This document shows positions 1-8,191 of a DNA stretch of 29,845 nt, piece by piece. The notes beneath the pieces are model-generated. The model searched no databases. It was not told the origin of the DNA and worked only from the letters and a program-made list of their open reading frames with translations. This stretch comes from Fimbriimonadales bacterium (GTDB lineage: Bacteria > Armatimonadota > Fimbriimonadia > Fimbriimonadales > Fimbriimonadaceae). The position numbers and the translations under genes were made by a program. The stretch is taken from contig JBBQMJ010000001.1 in assembly GCA_038328815.1 (NCBI GenBank), forward strand, positions 1 through 29,845, in the 5' to 3' direction. Within the stretch, counting starts at the first letter, position 1. The number at the start of each line of letters is the position of its first letter.

Positions 1-889
1 GATGATCGTCCGGGATGTGATAGGCGCCGTAGTGGCGATCGTGGACGATTTCCACAGTGGTCTTCCAGTTAGTCGCCGCTTCTTCAAACCTGCTTATCAT
101 GTGAGCGACCTGGGCGTCGAGTTCAGGCACGCTTGTACTCCTAGCCTCAGCTCTAATCTTCACCCAAGGACAAACCACGTTAACACCGGTGCCGCCTTCG
201 ATGATTCCGAGGTTTGCAGTAGTTTCGGGGCCGATGCGGCCGAGTTTCATGCCATGAATCGCATCTGCAGCAACTTGGATGGCGTTGATTCCCTTTTCCG
301 GATCTTTGCCTGCGTGCGCCGGGACTCCATGAACGGTGACGTGCAGATTGTCATGAGTCGCGGTCCGCGTTACGAAGCTGCCGACAGGGGGCCCGGTGTC
401 AAGGATAAAGCCGAAGTCCAAATTGAGATCTTTCAGTTCAATGGCGTCAGCGCCCTTCAGCCCAATTTCCTCGGCGCAGCTAAATAGTAGACACACGTCT
501 CCATGGGGTTGCCCAGACTCTTTAAGAGCAACAACCGCTTCAATTGCAGGGGCCATTCCACCCTTGTCATCGGCGCCTAGGATTGTGTCGGACTTGCTAT
601 AGAAGAAACCGTCCCGTTCCTCAATAATCAGCCCTGCAGTGGGTTCGACTGTGTCGAAGTGCGCAGATAGGAATACCTTTGGCGCATCGGGAAGCGTCCC
701 CCTGAGCCACGCGATGATGTTGTTTGCGTTACCACCGATCTTCGCTCCGCCGTTGTCCTCATGAACTTCCAACCCATGCTTGATCAGCAGCGCCTTGACA
801 AAGGCGACCGATTCCTTCTCCTTCAGCGAAGGAGCGTCAATTAGGCAAAGGTCTTTGAAAAGCTGGATGAGCCGATCCACTTGAATCAT
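1..889 (-). CDS. M20/M25/M40 metallopeptidase, peptidase T-like/tripeptidase (partial: 3' end runs off the left edge)
   Basis: Not in the ORF track because its stop lies outside the window. Manual translation from ATG at 889 gives MIQVDRLIQLFKDLCLIDAPS...SAHFDTVEP...LGADDKGG...CAEEIGLKGA...ILDTG...PAHAGKDPEKGINAI, which contains the M20 metal-binding motifs HxDTV, GADDK and EE plus the dimerisation domain. The frame is open to base 2. Confidence 0.9.
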   Translation of the reverse strand, partial: MIQVDRLIQLFKDLCLIDAPSLKEKESVAFVKALLIKHGLEVHEDNGGAKIGGNANNIIAWLRGTLPDAPKVFLSAHFDTVEPTAGLIIEERDGFFYSKSDTILGADDKGGMAPAIEAVVALKESGQPHGDVCLLFSCAEEIGLKGADAIELKDLNLDFGFILDTGPPVGSFVTRTATHDNLHVTVHGVPAHAGKDPEKGINAIQVAADAIHGMKLGRIGPETTANLGIIEGGTGVNVVCPWVKIRAEARSTSVPELDAQVAHMISRFEEAATNWKTTVEIVHDRHYGAYHIPDDH

Positions 890-896
890 GCGGGCC

Positions 897-902
897 AGTT
901 TA
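897..902 (-). promoter_or_regulatory. Putative -10 element TAAACT, 7 nt before the ATG (leaderless-type promoter)
   Basis: The minus strand reads tgTAAACTggcccgcATG, with no Shine-Dalgarno sequence. Confidence 0.5.
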
Positions 903-915
903 CATTCGAACGGGT

Positions 916-1287
916 TTAAGGCTGCTCAATGGGAAATTCAGCTTCCCGGCCCTGGTTCATTAGCAGGTCGACGCCGTCGGCACCGATATACCAAGAACGT
1001 TCTTGGCCGGCAGCGTCCCTTCCCCAGAGTGTACGGCCTGGGCGATTCCCCGGTATCGCGCCCATCCAAATAGCAGGGCTTTCGATAAGTCGGCCAACTA
1101 TTTCAAGCATAGGCGCTTTGCCTTCAACAGACAATTCCGGCCCCACAATGCGGCCCAAAAGGGGATCAATGGCGTCCGGTGTGAACTCAGCTTGCGCTCT
1201 ACCAGCGAAGAGAATTGCCCCGTCTGCGTCTGTGATCACGAGAGGATCGCAGTCCCAAATCTCGGTCAAGTCGTCCAGGTTTGCCAT
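916..1287 (-). CDS. Hypothetical protein (123 aa)
   Basis: Fills the gap between two co-oriented genes. AGAAGG lies upstream of the ATG and the composition is protein-like. No family recognised. Confidence 0.7.
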   Translation of the reverse strand: MANLDDLTEIWDCDPLVITDADGAILFAGRAQAEFTPDAIDPLLGRIVGPELSVEGKAPMLEIVGRLIESPAIWMGAIPGNRPGRTLWGRDAAGQERSWYIGADGVDLLMNQGREAEFPIEQP

Positions 1288-1301
1288 TCTCGTTTAACCT
1301 T

Positions 1302-2045
1302 CTATTGCGCCTTCGCGGCACCTAGCCCTTGAAAGGCAGCTATTGCCATCTTCGATTTTGGAAACTTCTGCTTGGCCAGTGTGAAGTAGAAGCGCGCTTT
1401 TGTCAACTCTCCATGACAGGCATCTTCAGCCCCGACTGCCAGCATTGAAACTTCCAGAGAATTATTGGGAAGCTTGACGGGTGGACTAATGCCGTTCAAC
1501 TCGAGTTGGCCAAAGTATTTGCCAAGGTAGTACTCACAGTAATGGCGCCGGGCATCATCCCAGGTTCGGTCCAGGGCTGCTTCCACGCAAATTCCGCGCA
1601 GGATCACCGGAGCAAGTCTATTAACCCTTCGCGCTTGCCCATATGGCTGGGCGAAGTCTTGGTCAATCCGTAGGGCGGTTACGCAGAGGCCCGGGACTTC
1701 GAAATAATGCTTCAAGAGCCGATTCCCGTCCTCAAGGCGATGAGCTCCAACATATACGTCGAACAAGGTTGCCTGAAGTCTAAGGTCATAGGAATGGTCC
1801 TTCAACTGGCCCTTGAGAAGATCCTCGGCATCGTTGTAGTGTCCAGCCCGCATCTTGTCCCATGCAAGGTGATCGGTTTCGATATCGCCATCCGGCAATA
1901 ATATTTCGTCGTCCGAAGACACCAATTTCCGATCTTGAAAATCCGGGCCTAGAATGGCAGCAGGTTGTGTCGGCACCGTCTGAGCAAGGCAAATCGAGCT
2001 CACTAGCAGCGGCCAAAGCGCAAGCACTCCTCTGAGAATTCGCAT
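1302..2045 (-). CDS. Secreted helical/TPR-like hypothetical protein
   Basis: Start reassigned to ATG 2045 (track start 2114), which gives a signal-peptide-like N-terminus MRILRGVLALWPLLVSSICLAQ. TPR-like segments include AGHYNDAEDLLK and GELTKARFYFTLAKQKFP. Confidence 0.65.
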   Translation of the reverse strand: MRILRGVLALWPLLVSSICLAQTVPTQPAAILGPDFQDRKLVSSDDEILLPDGDIETDHLAWDKMRAGHYNDAEDLLKGQLKDHSYDLRLQATLFDVYVGAHRLEDGNRLLKHYFEVPGLCVTALRIDQDFAQPYGQARRVNRLAPVILRGICVEAALDRTWDDARRHYCEYYLGKYFGQLELNGISPPVKLPNNSLEVSMLAVGAEDACHGELTKARFYFTLAKQKFPKSKMAIAAFQGLGAAKAQ

Positions 2046-2117
2046 GGTCAAATGTTCGACGTCTTGGACAGGGAAACCGTTGCTGCCTTGCCGGAGCAAA
2101 GTAATATGGCGCACTGT

Positions 2118-2441
2118 ATGAAAACCTATGAGATTTCAGTCGAGGGCTTTGAGCCCTTTAAAGCCCAGGAAGGCGAAAAACTTGCTCTAGCGATCGAAAA
2201 CGCGGGGATCGATATTAGTCACCGATGCGGAGGCAATGCTCGATGCACCACATGCCGCGTTAAGTTCGCTAGTCCAGAGCCCGAGATGCACGCGACCGAG
2301 AAGGATTGCCTGGTCGAAGATGGGGTTCTTGGCGAGTTTAGGCTTTCGTGTCAGATTCGAGTGGATCGAGATATTGATGTGAAGGTCTTGATGCGCGCTA
2401 GCGAACAGGGCTGGGAACCAGGGGTTGCGCTTGAGCCCTGA
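2118..2441 (+). CDS. 2Fe-2S ferredoxin
   Basis: Motif HRCGGNARCTTCRV...RLSCQ (four Cys ligands of the Fer2 family). The start is probably ATG 2118 (MKTYEISV) rather than 2052. Confidence 0.92.
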   Translation: MKTYEISVEGFEPFKAQEGEKLALAIENAGIDISHRCGGNARCTTCRVKFASPEPEMHATEKDCLVEDGVLGEFRLSCQIRVDRDIDVKVLMRASEQGWEPGVALEP

Positions 2442-2451
2442 TATTCACTCA

Positions 2452-2490
2452 CATCCCGCATCCGCATCCCGCATCCCGCATCCCGCATCC
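2452..2490. repeat. Intergenic heptamer tandem repeat (CATCCCG)n, about 5.5 copies with one 6-nt variant
   Basis: Reads catcccg catccg catcccg catcccg catcccg catcc. Confidence 0.95.
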
Positions 2491-2540
2491 AAAGAAATAG
2501 ACTGTTGAATCCTGGAAGCTAATTGCGTAGAAGAATCAGC

Positions 2541-2930
2541 ATGCCATCGAGAGAAAGATACAGTTCAGGTGTTAAGTGGGAGTCAATCGTTGGATACTCC
2601 CGCGCAGTTAAGGCTGGCTCAATGATTTTCGTCACGGGCACGACTGCGACGGCGCCTGACGGATCAATCGTGGGTCCAGGAGACCCTTACGCGCAGACCG
2701 TGCAGGCCATCAAGAATATTGAAACCGCGCTCGTCGCGCTTGGATCCAGCTTGCGAGATGTCGTTAGAACAAGAATCTTTGTGACCGATATCGCCCAGTG
2801 GGAACAGATTGGCCGGGCGCATGGCGAATTCTTCAGTGAAGTAATGCCAGCCACATCCATGATCGAGATCAGTAGGTTGATCGATCCAGTGATGCTCGTA
2901 GAAATTGAGGCCGACGCCGTGGTTGATTAA
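2541..2930 (+). CDS. RidA/YjgF/UK114 family protein
   Basis: WESIVGYSRAVKAG...FVTGTTA...LRDVVRTRIFVTD...PATSMIEISRLIDPVMLVEIEADA. The start is probably ATG 2541. Confidence 0.93.
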   Translation: MPSRERYSSGVKWESIVGYSRAVKAGSMIFVTGTTATAPDGSIVGPGDPYAQTVQAIKNIETALVALGSSLRDVVRTRIFVTDIAQWEQIGRAHGEFFSEVMPATSMIEISRLIDPVMLVEIEADAVVD

Positions 2931-3008
2931 TTAGCCCGGAACGAGGCCCCGCGCCTACTTTTTCCTCGTCTTCTGAAACACGTGCTGAGGTTTGCACGCA
3001 GACTTGCG

Positions 3009-3038
3009 TATAATATGACTGGATGACGAAACCAGTCA
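3009..3038 (+). promoter_or_regulatory. -10 box TATAAT plus candidate TetR operator TGACTGG-N9-CCAGTCA
   Basis: TATAAT at 3009-3014 lies 8 nt before ATG 3023. A perfect 7-bp inverted repeat at 3016-3022/3032-3038 spans the predicted TSS and start codon. Confidence 0.6.
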
Positions 3039-3676
3039 GCAATTCAATTAAGAGGAAAGAGGCTTCATGCGAAGCAATCCTTGACGCCGCGGAAGACCTT
3101 CTTGCTAGATACGGCTACAAGCGCATGACAATGGAAGATCTTGCGCAGGCTGTGGGGCTTTCAAAAGGAGCCCTCTATCTCAGATTTACGAGCAAAGAAG
3201 AAGTCGCTCTTTCGATGATTGACCGCATGAACCGAAGACTTCGGGTGCGCCTTGAACATGTCTTAGATCAACCACACGGCGCGGAAGACAAGGTCATCGC
3301 GTTACTCGTAGAGCGGGTGATGTTCAAGTACGACAGCGTGAAGAAATACTTCGCGAGCTTCGATGAAGTCTACGCAGCCCTTCGGCCAGAAATTCTCAAG
3401 CGACGCGAGGAGTATCTGATTGAAGAGTCCAAAATTCTCGCCCTCGCAATTGAGCGAGGGATCGCAGTGAGAGCTTTCAAGTGCGAGGATCCCTATCAAG
3501 CAGCATCGATGCTTGTCCTCGCTAGCAACGCATTGCTTCCCTATCGCCTAAGCCCGTCTGAACTCGGCAAGCGAAAGGAGCTCCAGGAGCGGGCAGAGCA
3601 GCTCGCAGCATTTCTCGTCCAAGCCCTGAGCCCGAACAACGTCCCGCAAGACGAACTCTATGGAGTAAAGAATTGA
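3023..3676 (+). CDS. TetR/AcrR family transcriptional regulator
   Basis: N-terminal HTH EAILDAAEDLLARYGYKRMTMEDLAQAVGLSKGALYLRFTSKEE, directly upstream of efflux genes. Confidence 0.95.
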   Translation: MTKPVSNSIKRKEASCEAILDAAEDLLARYGYKRMTMEDLAQAVGLSKGALYLRFTSKEEVALSMIDRMNRRLRVRLEHVLDQPHGAEDKVIALLVERVMFKYDSVKKYFASFDEVYAALRPEILKRREEYLIEESKILALAIERGIAVRAFKCEDPYQAASMLVLASNALLPYRLSPSELGKRKELQERAEQLAAFLVQALSPNNVPQDELYGVKN

Positions 3677-5271
3677 AAACACAAGCAAAAGAAGAACCGG
3701 TATCAAACCCAATTCAGGATAACGGAGCTGGGGAAATTGAGCCCGTCAAGGAGAAAGCCAAGCGGCCCGCGTGGCTCTTGCCCGGGATTGGCATACTCGC
3801 CGTTGTCGGAATCGTGTACCTGGTGCGTTCCCTTTCGTTTTCGAGCAATCACCAGGGCACTGATGATGCCTTTGTGACCTCACACGTTATCAGCATCTCG
3901 CCGCAGATCCAAGGCACAGTTGCGACCGTCTTCGTAACCGACAACCAGCCGGTCAAGAAGGGCACGTTGCTTGTCCAGCTAAACGACTCTGCGGAGCAAG
4001 CCGCCTATGACCAAGCAAAAGCGAACTTGGACCTTGCGATTGCACAAGCTCAGGGCGCACAACTTAGCGTGGGCCTAGCTGGCGCAACTGGTGGAGCGCA
4101 AATCCTTCAAGCCCAAGGCATTGTCTCACAGAGCCAAGCGGGCGTCGACTCCTCGATTTCTGATGTTGCGAAGGCTGCGGCTTTGGAAGCAGGCGCTAAA
4201 GCTGGAGTCAGCGGCGCAAGAGCCGGAATCAGTGGAGCTCAAGCGGCTTATGCTACGGCGCTTGCAAACGTAGCCCGTGCTAAGGCAGGCGTGGGTTCTG
4301 CGCAAGCGGACCTCCAAACTTCCATCGCATCCGCTAAGGCATCAAGATCATCGGTTGGAGCGGCACAGGCTGCTGCGACCCGAACTGAAAAAGATGCTCA
4401 GCGTGCTCAAACACTCGTGGCTCAAGGAGCAATTAGTGCCCAAACTGCCGAAATAGCCCAAGCTGCAAGTGATACCGCGAGAGCGAATCTTGATGCCGCC
4501 CAGCAAACTGCCGATGCTGCGGACGCCACAGTCAATCAGCGACGTCAAGCTATCGACGCTGCAAATCAACAGGTTATTGCCAGCCAAGCGGCGGTCGACC
4601 AAGCTCGATCGCAAATCACTGCCAGTCAGGCGCAATTAGTTGCAGCAGAGGCAAACGTTAACCAGGCGTCGGCAGCAGCTCGCACCTCACAACAACTTGT
4701 GAATCAGTCGCGAGGCAAGGCAGCTCAAGCTGCCGGCGAGCTCGCCCAGGCTAATACCACTGGAACCCAGGTTGCCCTCAGTAAGACTGCGCAGCAGCAA
4801 GCCTTTGCCCGAGTTGAACAAGCAAAGGCCGCCCTAAAGGCAGCCGAAACCAATTTGGCTTACACGAAAATCGTTGCTCCTGAAGACGGCAGAGTCAGCA
4901 AGCTCACTGTAACGATTGGCGCTTTGGTACAGCCCTTGTTCCCGATGATGTCCATCATCCCTGAGCAAGCTTCCGACCCCATGTGGGTAGTCGCGAACTT
5001 CAAAGAGACGCAACTGGGCGATATGAAGCCAGGTCAAACGGTGGACGTTGAAATTGACGGCGTACCCGGAGTTACCTTCCACGGCAAGCTCGACAGCATC
5101 TCCAAGGGCACCGGGGCTACGTTCGCGTTGCTCCCTGCGGATAACTCAACAGGCAACTTTACAAAGGTAGTACAGCGAGTCCCGGTTAAAGTGACCCTTG
5201 ATCCCGGGCAGGCCGACTTGGAACGCCTAAGTTCGGGGATGTCGGCATCCGTCATGGTGACCACTAAGTAA
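3673..5271 (+). CDS. emrA: HlyD/EmrA family periplasmic adaptor with an extended Ala/Gln-rich coiled coil
   Basis: N-terminal TM anchor, TDDAFV, ISPQIQG...V.VTDNQPVKKG lipoyl half-motif, YTKIVAPEDG, VANFKETQL and GNFTKVVQRVPV. The TTG start overlaps the tetR stop. Confidence 0.93.
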   Translation: MKTQAKEEPVSNPIQDNGAGEIEPVKEKAKRPAWLLPGIGILAVVGIVYLVRSLSFSSNHQGTDDAFVTSHVISISPQIQGTVATVFVTDNQPVKKGTLLVQLNDSAEQAAYDQAKANLDLAIAQAQGAQLSVGLAGATGGAQILQAQGIVSQSQAGVDSSISDVAKAAALEAGAKAGVSGARAGISGAQAAYATALANVARAKAGVGSAQADLQTSIASAKASRSSVGAAQAAATRTEKDAQRAQTLVAQGAISAQTAEIAQAASDTARANLDAAQQTADAADATVNQRRQAIDAANQQVIASQAAVDQARSQITASQAQLVAAEANVNQASAAARTSQQLVNQSRGKAAQAAGELAQANTTGTQVALSKTAQQQAFARVEQAKAALKAAETNLAYTKIVAPEDGRVSKLTVTIGALVQPLFPMMSIIPEQASDPMWVVANFKETQLGDMKPGQTVDVEIDGVPGVTFHGKLDSISKGTGATFALLPADNSTGNFTKVVQRVPVKVTLDPGQADLERLSSGMSASVMVTTK

Positions 5272-6858
5272 ATGGCCGCCGCGGCTGCAACCGTGCACGC
5301 TCGAGACGTTAGCGGCGAATACTCGCCAGCGGTACGTCTCGTCATCCTCATCGCGATCATGCTCAGCACGATCCTTGAGGTCCTGGACACTAGCATCGTC
5401 AACGTTGCGATTCCGGACATGCAAGGCAATCTGGGGGCGACCGTCGATCAGATCAACTGGGTCTCGACCGGCTACATCCTAGCCAACGTCATCATCCTTC
5501 CGCTGACAGGATGGCTGTCGAATTACTTCGGCCGTAGGATGTATCTTGCCGGTTCAATCTTGTTGTTCACTGCGGCTTCATTGCTTTGCGGAACGGCGAC
5601 CACGCTTAACATGCTCGTCTTCTTCCGAATCCTTCAAGGAGCCGGAGGCGCAGCGCTGCTTTCAACCGCACAAGCAACGCTCATTGAAGTATTTCCGCGC
5701 AAACAGCTCCCGATGATTCAGGCCCTGTTCAGCATGGGTCTAGTTGCCGCGCCCACTTTTGGCCCAACCGTAGGCGGATTCATAACGGACACCTATAATT
5801 GGCGCTGGATATTCTTCATTAACATCCCGATTGGCATCCTCGCGGGCTTTCTCGTCCTGACCTTCCTGCAAGATTCAAAGTACCAAACCAAGCGTGTGCC
5901 CATCGACTTCATTGGAATAGGCATGCTTGCCATAGGCCTCGGTTCGCTTCAGACCATGCTTGAAAAGGGCAACCGAGAAAGCTGGTTTGAGTCGCCCCTT
6001 ATCGTCACCCTCGCTATTTTGGCGGTCGTATTCCTAATCAGCTTCGTAATCTGGGAGTTAAAAACGGAATTTCCGGCCGTGAAACTGAGCGTTTTGCGCC
6101 ACAAGAGTTTTGCAGCGGGGTCCCTCTACGGCATGGTGCTGGGTTTTGGGCTCTATGGGGGCGTATTTATCCTGCCCATCTTCCTTCAGGAGGTGCAGCA
6201 TTTTACGGCTCTACAAACTGGGCAACTGCTGTTGCCGGGTGGCCTTGTTACCGCCCTATCCTTACCGATCTTGGGGCGGATTATGGGAAAGATTGACCCC
6301 AGAATAATCGTTTGCTTTGGTTCAATTCTCTTCGCGACGTCGATGTTCCAGATGCAACACATCAACATCGATACGGACACACGCGACTTGGTCGCACCGC
6401 TAATGATTCGCGGCCTAGCCCTGTCGTGCATGTTCCTGCCGCTTGTTCTAACTTCCCTTGCCGGACTTCCGCCCCAAGAGGTCGGTTACGCCTCCGGCAT
6501 CTTTAATTTAAGCCGGCAAGTCGGCGGCAGTATCGGGATCGCCTTTCTCACCACGCAGCTTGATCACCGAATGGCAGTGCACACCGCGAACCTAGCGAAC
6601 CACGTCAGCTTCAGCGACCCTGTCACCCAACAGCGGATTTTGATGGCGCAGCAACAGTTGGTCGCCCACGGCGTACCGCCAATTCAGGCCTTCTATTCAG
6701 CTATCGGTGCGATCAATTCAAGCATCGCGCGTCAAGCGATCACAATGTCGTTCGAAGACGGCTTTCGAATCATTGGCCTATCGTTCATCTTTGCCTTGCC
6801 GCTCTTGGTGCTGCTGCGGAGACCCAAGGGGCCGTCCGGTCCCGTTGATGCGCACTAG
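5272..6858 (+). CDS. emrB: DHA2 (EmrB/QacA) MFS multidrug efflux transporter, 14 TM
   Basis: LEVLDTSIVNVAIPDMQGNLGAT, WVSTGYILANVIILPLTGWLS..FGRR, GGFITDTYNWRWIFFINIPIG and QTMLEKGNRESWFES. Confidence 0.96.
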   Translation: MAAAAATVHARDVSGEYSPAVRLVILIAIMLSTILEVLDTSIVNVAIPDMQGNLGATVDQINWVSTGYILANVIILPLTGWLSNYFGRRMYLAGSILLFTAASLLCGTATTLNMLVFFRILQGAGGAALLSTAQATLIEVFPRKQLPMIQALFSMGLVAAPTFGPTVGGFITDTYNWRWIFFINIPIGILAGFLVLTFLQDSKYQTKRVPIDFIGIGMLAIGLGSLQTMLEKGNRESWFESPLIVTLAILAVVFLISFVIWELKTEFPAVKLSVLRHKSFAAGSLYGMVLGFGLYGGVFILPIFLQEVQHFTALQTGQLLLPGGLVTALSLPILGRIMGKIDPRIIVCFGSILFATSMFQMQHINIDTDTRDLVAPLMIRGLALSCMFLPLVLTSLAGLPPQEVGYASGIFNLSRQVGGSIGIAFLTTQLDHRMAVHTANLANHVSFSDPVTQQRILMAQQQLVAHGVPPIQAFYSAIGAINSSIARQAITMSFEDGFRIIGLSFIFALPLLVLLRRPKGPSGPVDAH

Positions 6859-6864
6859 GTAAGC

Positions 6865-6901
6865 AGCGACGCAAAGTTCGAGGCTGTTTCACTGCGTCGC
6901 T
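6865..6901 (+). terminator. Inverted repeat just after emrB (possible terminator or processing hairpin)
   Basis: AGCGACGCA-N19-TGCGTCGCT is a perfect 9-bp stem 6 nt after the stop. There is no clear U-tract. Confidence 0.4.
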
Positions 6902-6902
6902 A

Positions 6903-6949
6903 TCCTCCGATCGTCATCCCGACCGGAGCAGGGGCGAAGTGGAGGAACC
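6903..6949. repeat. REP-like palindromic element (GTCATCCCGACCGGAGC...GAAGTGGAGGAACC)
   Basis: TCCTCC/GGAGGA stem. Shares the GTCATCYYGASCG start with the element at 18834. Confidence 0.45.
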
Positions 6950-7082
6950 GGTGTTGGTCACGCCGCGTTCTCGCGGTAACGCCGCGCTTCCGATTACGGG
7001 CCATCGAGTGCTCGGGAAGACAGCCCACTAACCAGATACGACAATAACAGCCTCGGTCGATCCGTCGACTAACCAGAATCTG

Positions 7083-7403
7083 CTAGTTGATCTTGATCAA
7101 CTCTAGATCGAACACGAGTGTCGCATTGGGTGGAATTACCCCACCGGCGCCACCAGGTCCATAGGCCAAATCCGAGGGGATCGTAACTTTGCGCCGCTGG
7201 CCAACCTTCATTCCAGTAACAGCCATGTCAAAGCCCTTGATGACTTGACCTGCTCCTAATTTGAACGAGAATGGCTGGTTGCGATCGCGACTGCTATCGA
7301 ATTTGCTGCCATCGGGAAACATACCGATGTAATGAATAAGAACGGCGTTGCCCATTTGGGCCCCATCGCCTTCGCCCTCTGTGATTTCTTCGATTTCTAA
7401 CAT
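7083..7403 (-). CDS. FKBP-type peptidyl-prolyl cis-trans isomerase, single domain, cytoplasmic
   Basis: HYIG..PDGSKFDSSRDRNQPFSFKLGAGQVIKGFD...GMKVG...IPSDLAYG...IPPNATLVFDLEL. No signal peptide. Confidence 0.96.
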   Translation of the reverse strand: MLEIEEITEGEGDGAQMGNAVLIHYIGMFPDGSKFDSSRDRNQPFSFKLGAGQVIKGFDMAVTGMKVGQRRKVTIPSDLAYGPGGAGGVIPPNATLVFDLELIKIN

Positions 7404-7414
7404 TCTTTGTTCCT

Positions 7415-8146
7415 TCAGTTCTTTGGTGGCTTCGGCGGCGCTGGAGCCTCAATTTTCATCAACTCAAGCTCAAACACGAGAGTAGCAAATGCCGGAATGA
7501 CCGGCGGTCTCCAGTTGGGGCCGTAGGCCATCTGATAGGGAATCGTGACTGTTCTCTTGCCGCCAACCTTCATGCCCGTTGCACCCTTATCAAAACCGGC
7601 GATTAGACCTTTTGCACCAAGCGTGAATTCGATCGGCTCTTTCCTGGGATAGCTGCTGTCAAACACAGTGCCATTTAGGAATTTGCCGGTGTAATGCACT
7701 GACACCTTGTCGCCCGCTTTCGCGGCAAAGCCGGTTCCAGGAGCCACTTCCGCGATATCGAGGGCAGGCTTGTCGTCCTTCTTATCAACGCGCAACAGCT
7801 TGACCTCAAACACCAGGGTGCTCTTTCCAGGAATTCCTTCGACGCCCTTATCTCCGTAGCCCATTGTTGAGGGAATCGAGAGGATGCGCCTACCACCGAC
7901 TTTCATGCCGGCGAAGCCATCGTCCCAACCCTTGATCACCTCACCGGCACCAAGGCTAAATGTGAAAGGCGGCTTGCCAACGGAGCTATCGAAAACCTTG
8001 CCGTCAAGCAGATTGCCTGTGTAATCGACGGTGATCCGGTCTCCAGCAGCCGCTTCTGCTCCCTTCCCGACGGTCATATCAAGGGTCTTAAGGGCATCCC
8101 CTTGGATCGAAAGGGCCAACGCGATGGCGTAACCAAACGTGAACAT
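7415..8146 (-). CDS. FKBP-type PPIase with two FKBP domains and a probable signal peptide
   Basis: Two copies of Y.G...G.VFDSS...F.LG...I.G.D.G..GMKVGG.R...IP...YG, with a hydrophobic N-terminus. Confidence 0.95.
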   Translation of the reverse strand: MFTFGYAIALALSIQGDALKTLDMTVGKGAEAAAGDRITVDYTGNLLDGKVFDSSVGKPPFTFSLGAGEVIKGWDDGFAGMKVGGRRILSIPSTMGYGDKGVEGIPGKSTLVFEVKLLRVDKKDDKPALDIAEVAPGTGFAAKAGDKVSVHYTGKFLNGTVFDSSYPRKEPIEFTLGAKGLIAGFDKGATGMKVGGKRTVTIPYQMAYGPNWRPPVIPAFATLVFELELMKIEAPAPPKPPKN

Positions 8147-8153
8147 AGGAGCG

Positions 8154-8159
8154 AGGCTA
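8154..8159 (-). promoter_or_regulatory. Putative -10 element TAGCCT, 7 nt before the ATG
   Basis: The minus strand reads ggTAGCCTcgctcctATG, with no SD. Confidence 0.45.
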
Positions 8160-8191
8160 CCCCGACGAGGCTTCGCCCCGCAATCAGAATC

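Noticed and set aside
40-90. Suspected frameshift near the 3' end of the M20 gene
   Set aside because: Re-reading gives AAC TGG AAG ACC ACT GTG GAA ATC (NWKTTVEI), so the frame is continuous.
2-602. Plus-strand ORFs 2..487 and 396..602 in the track
   Set aside because: They are antisense shadows of the M20 peptidase, which has clear family motifs on the minus strand.
2052-2085. GCAAC-N17-CGTC on the minus strand upstream of the TPR-like gene, resembling an ECF sigma promoter
   Set aside because: It is a single short degenerate match with no second instance or ECF gene in the window, so it is expected by chance.
7027-7077. 10-bp direct repeat ACTAACCAGA at 7027 and 7068 (31-nt spacer)
   Set aside because: There are only two short copies, far too short and few for a CRISPR array, and there are no cas genes.
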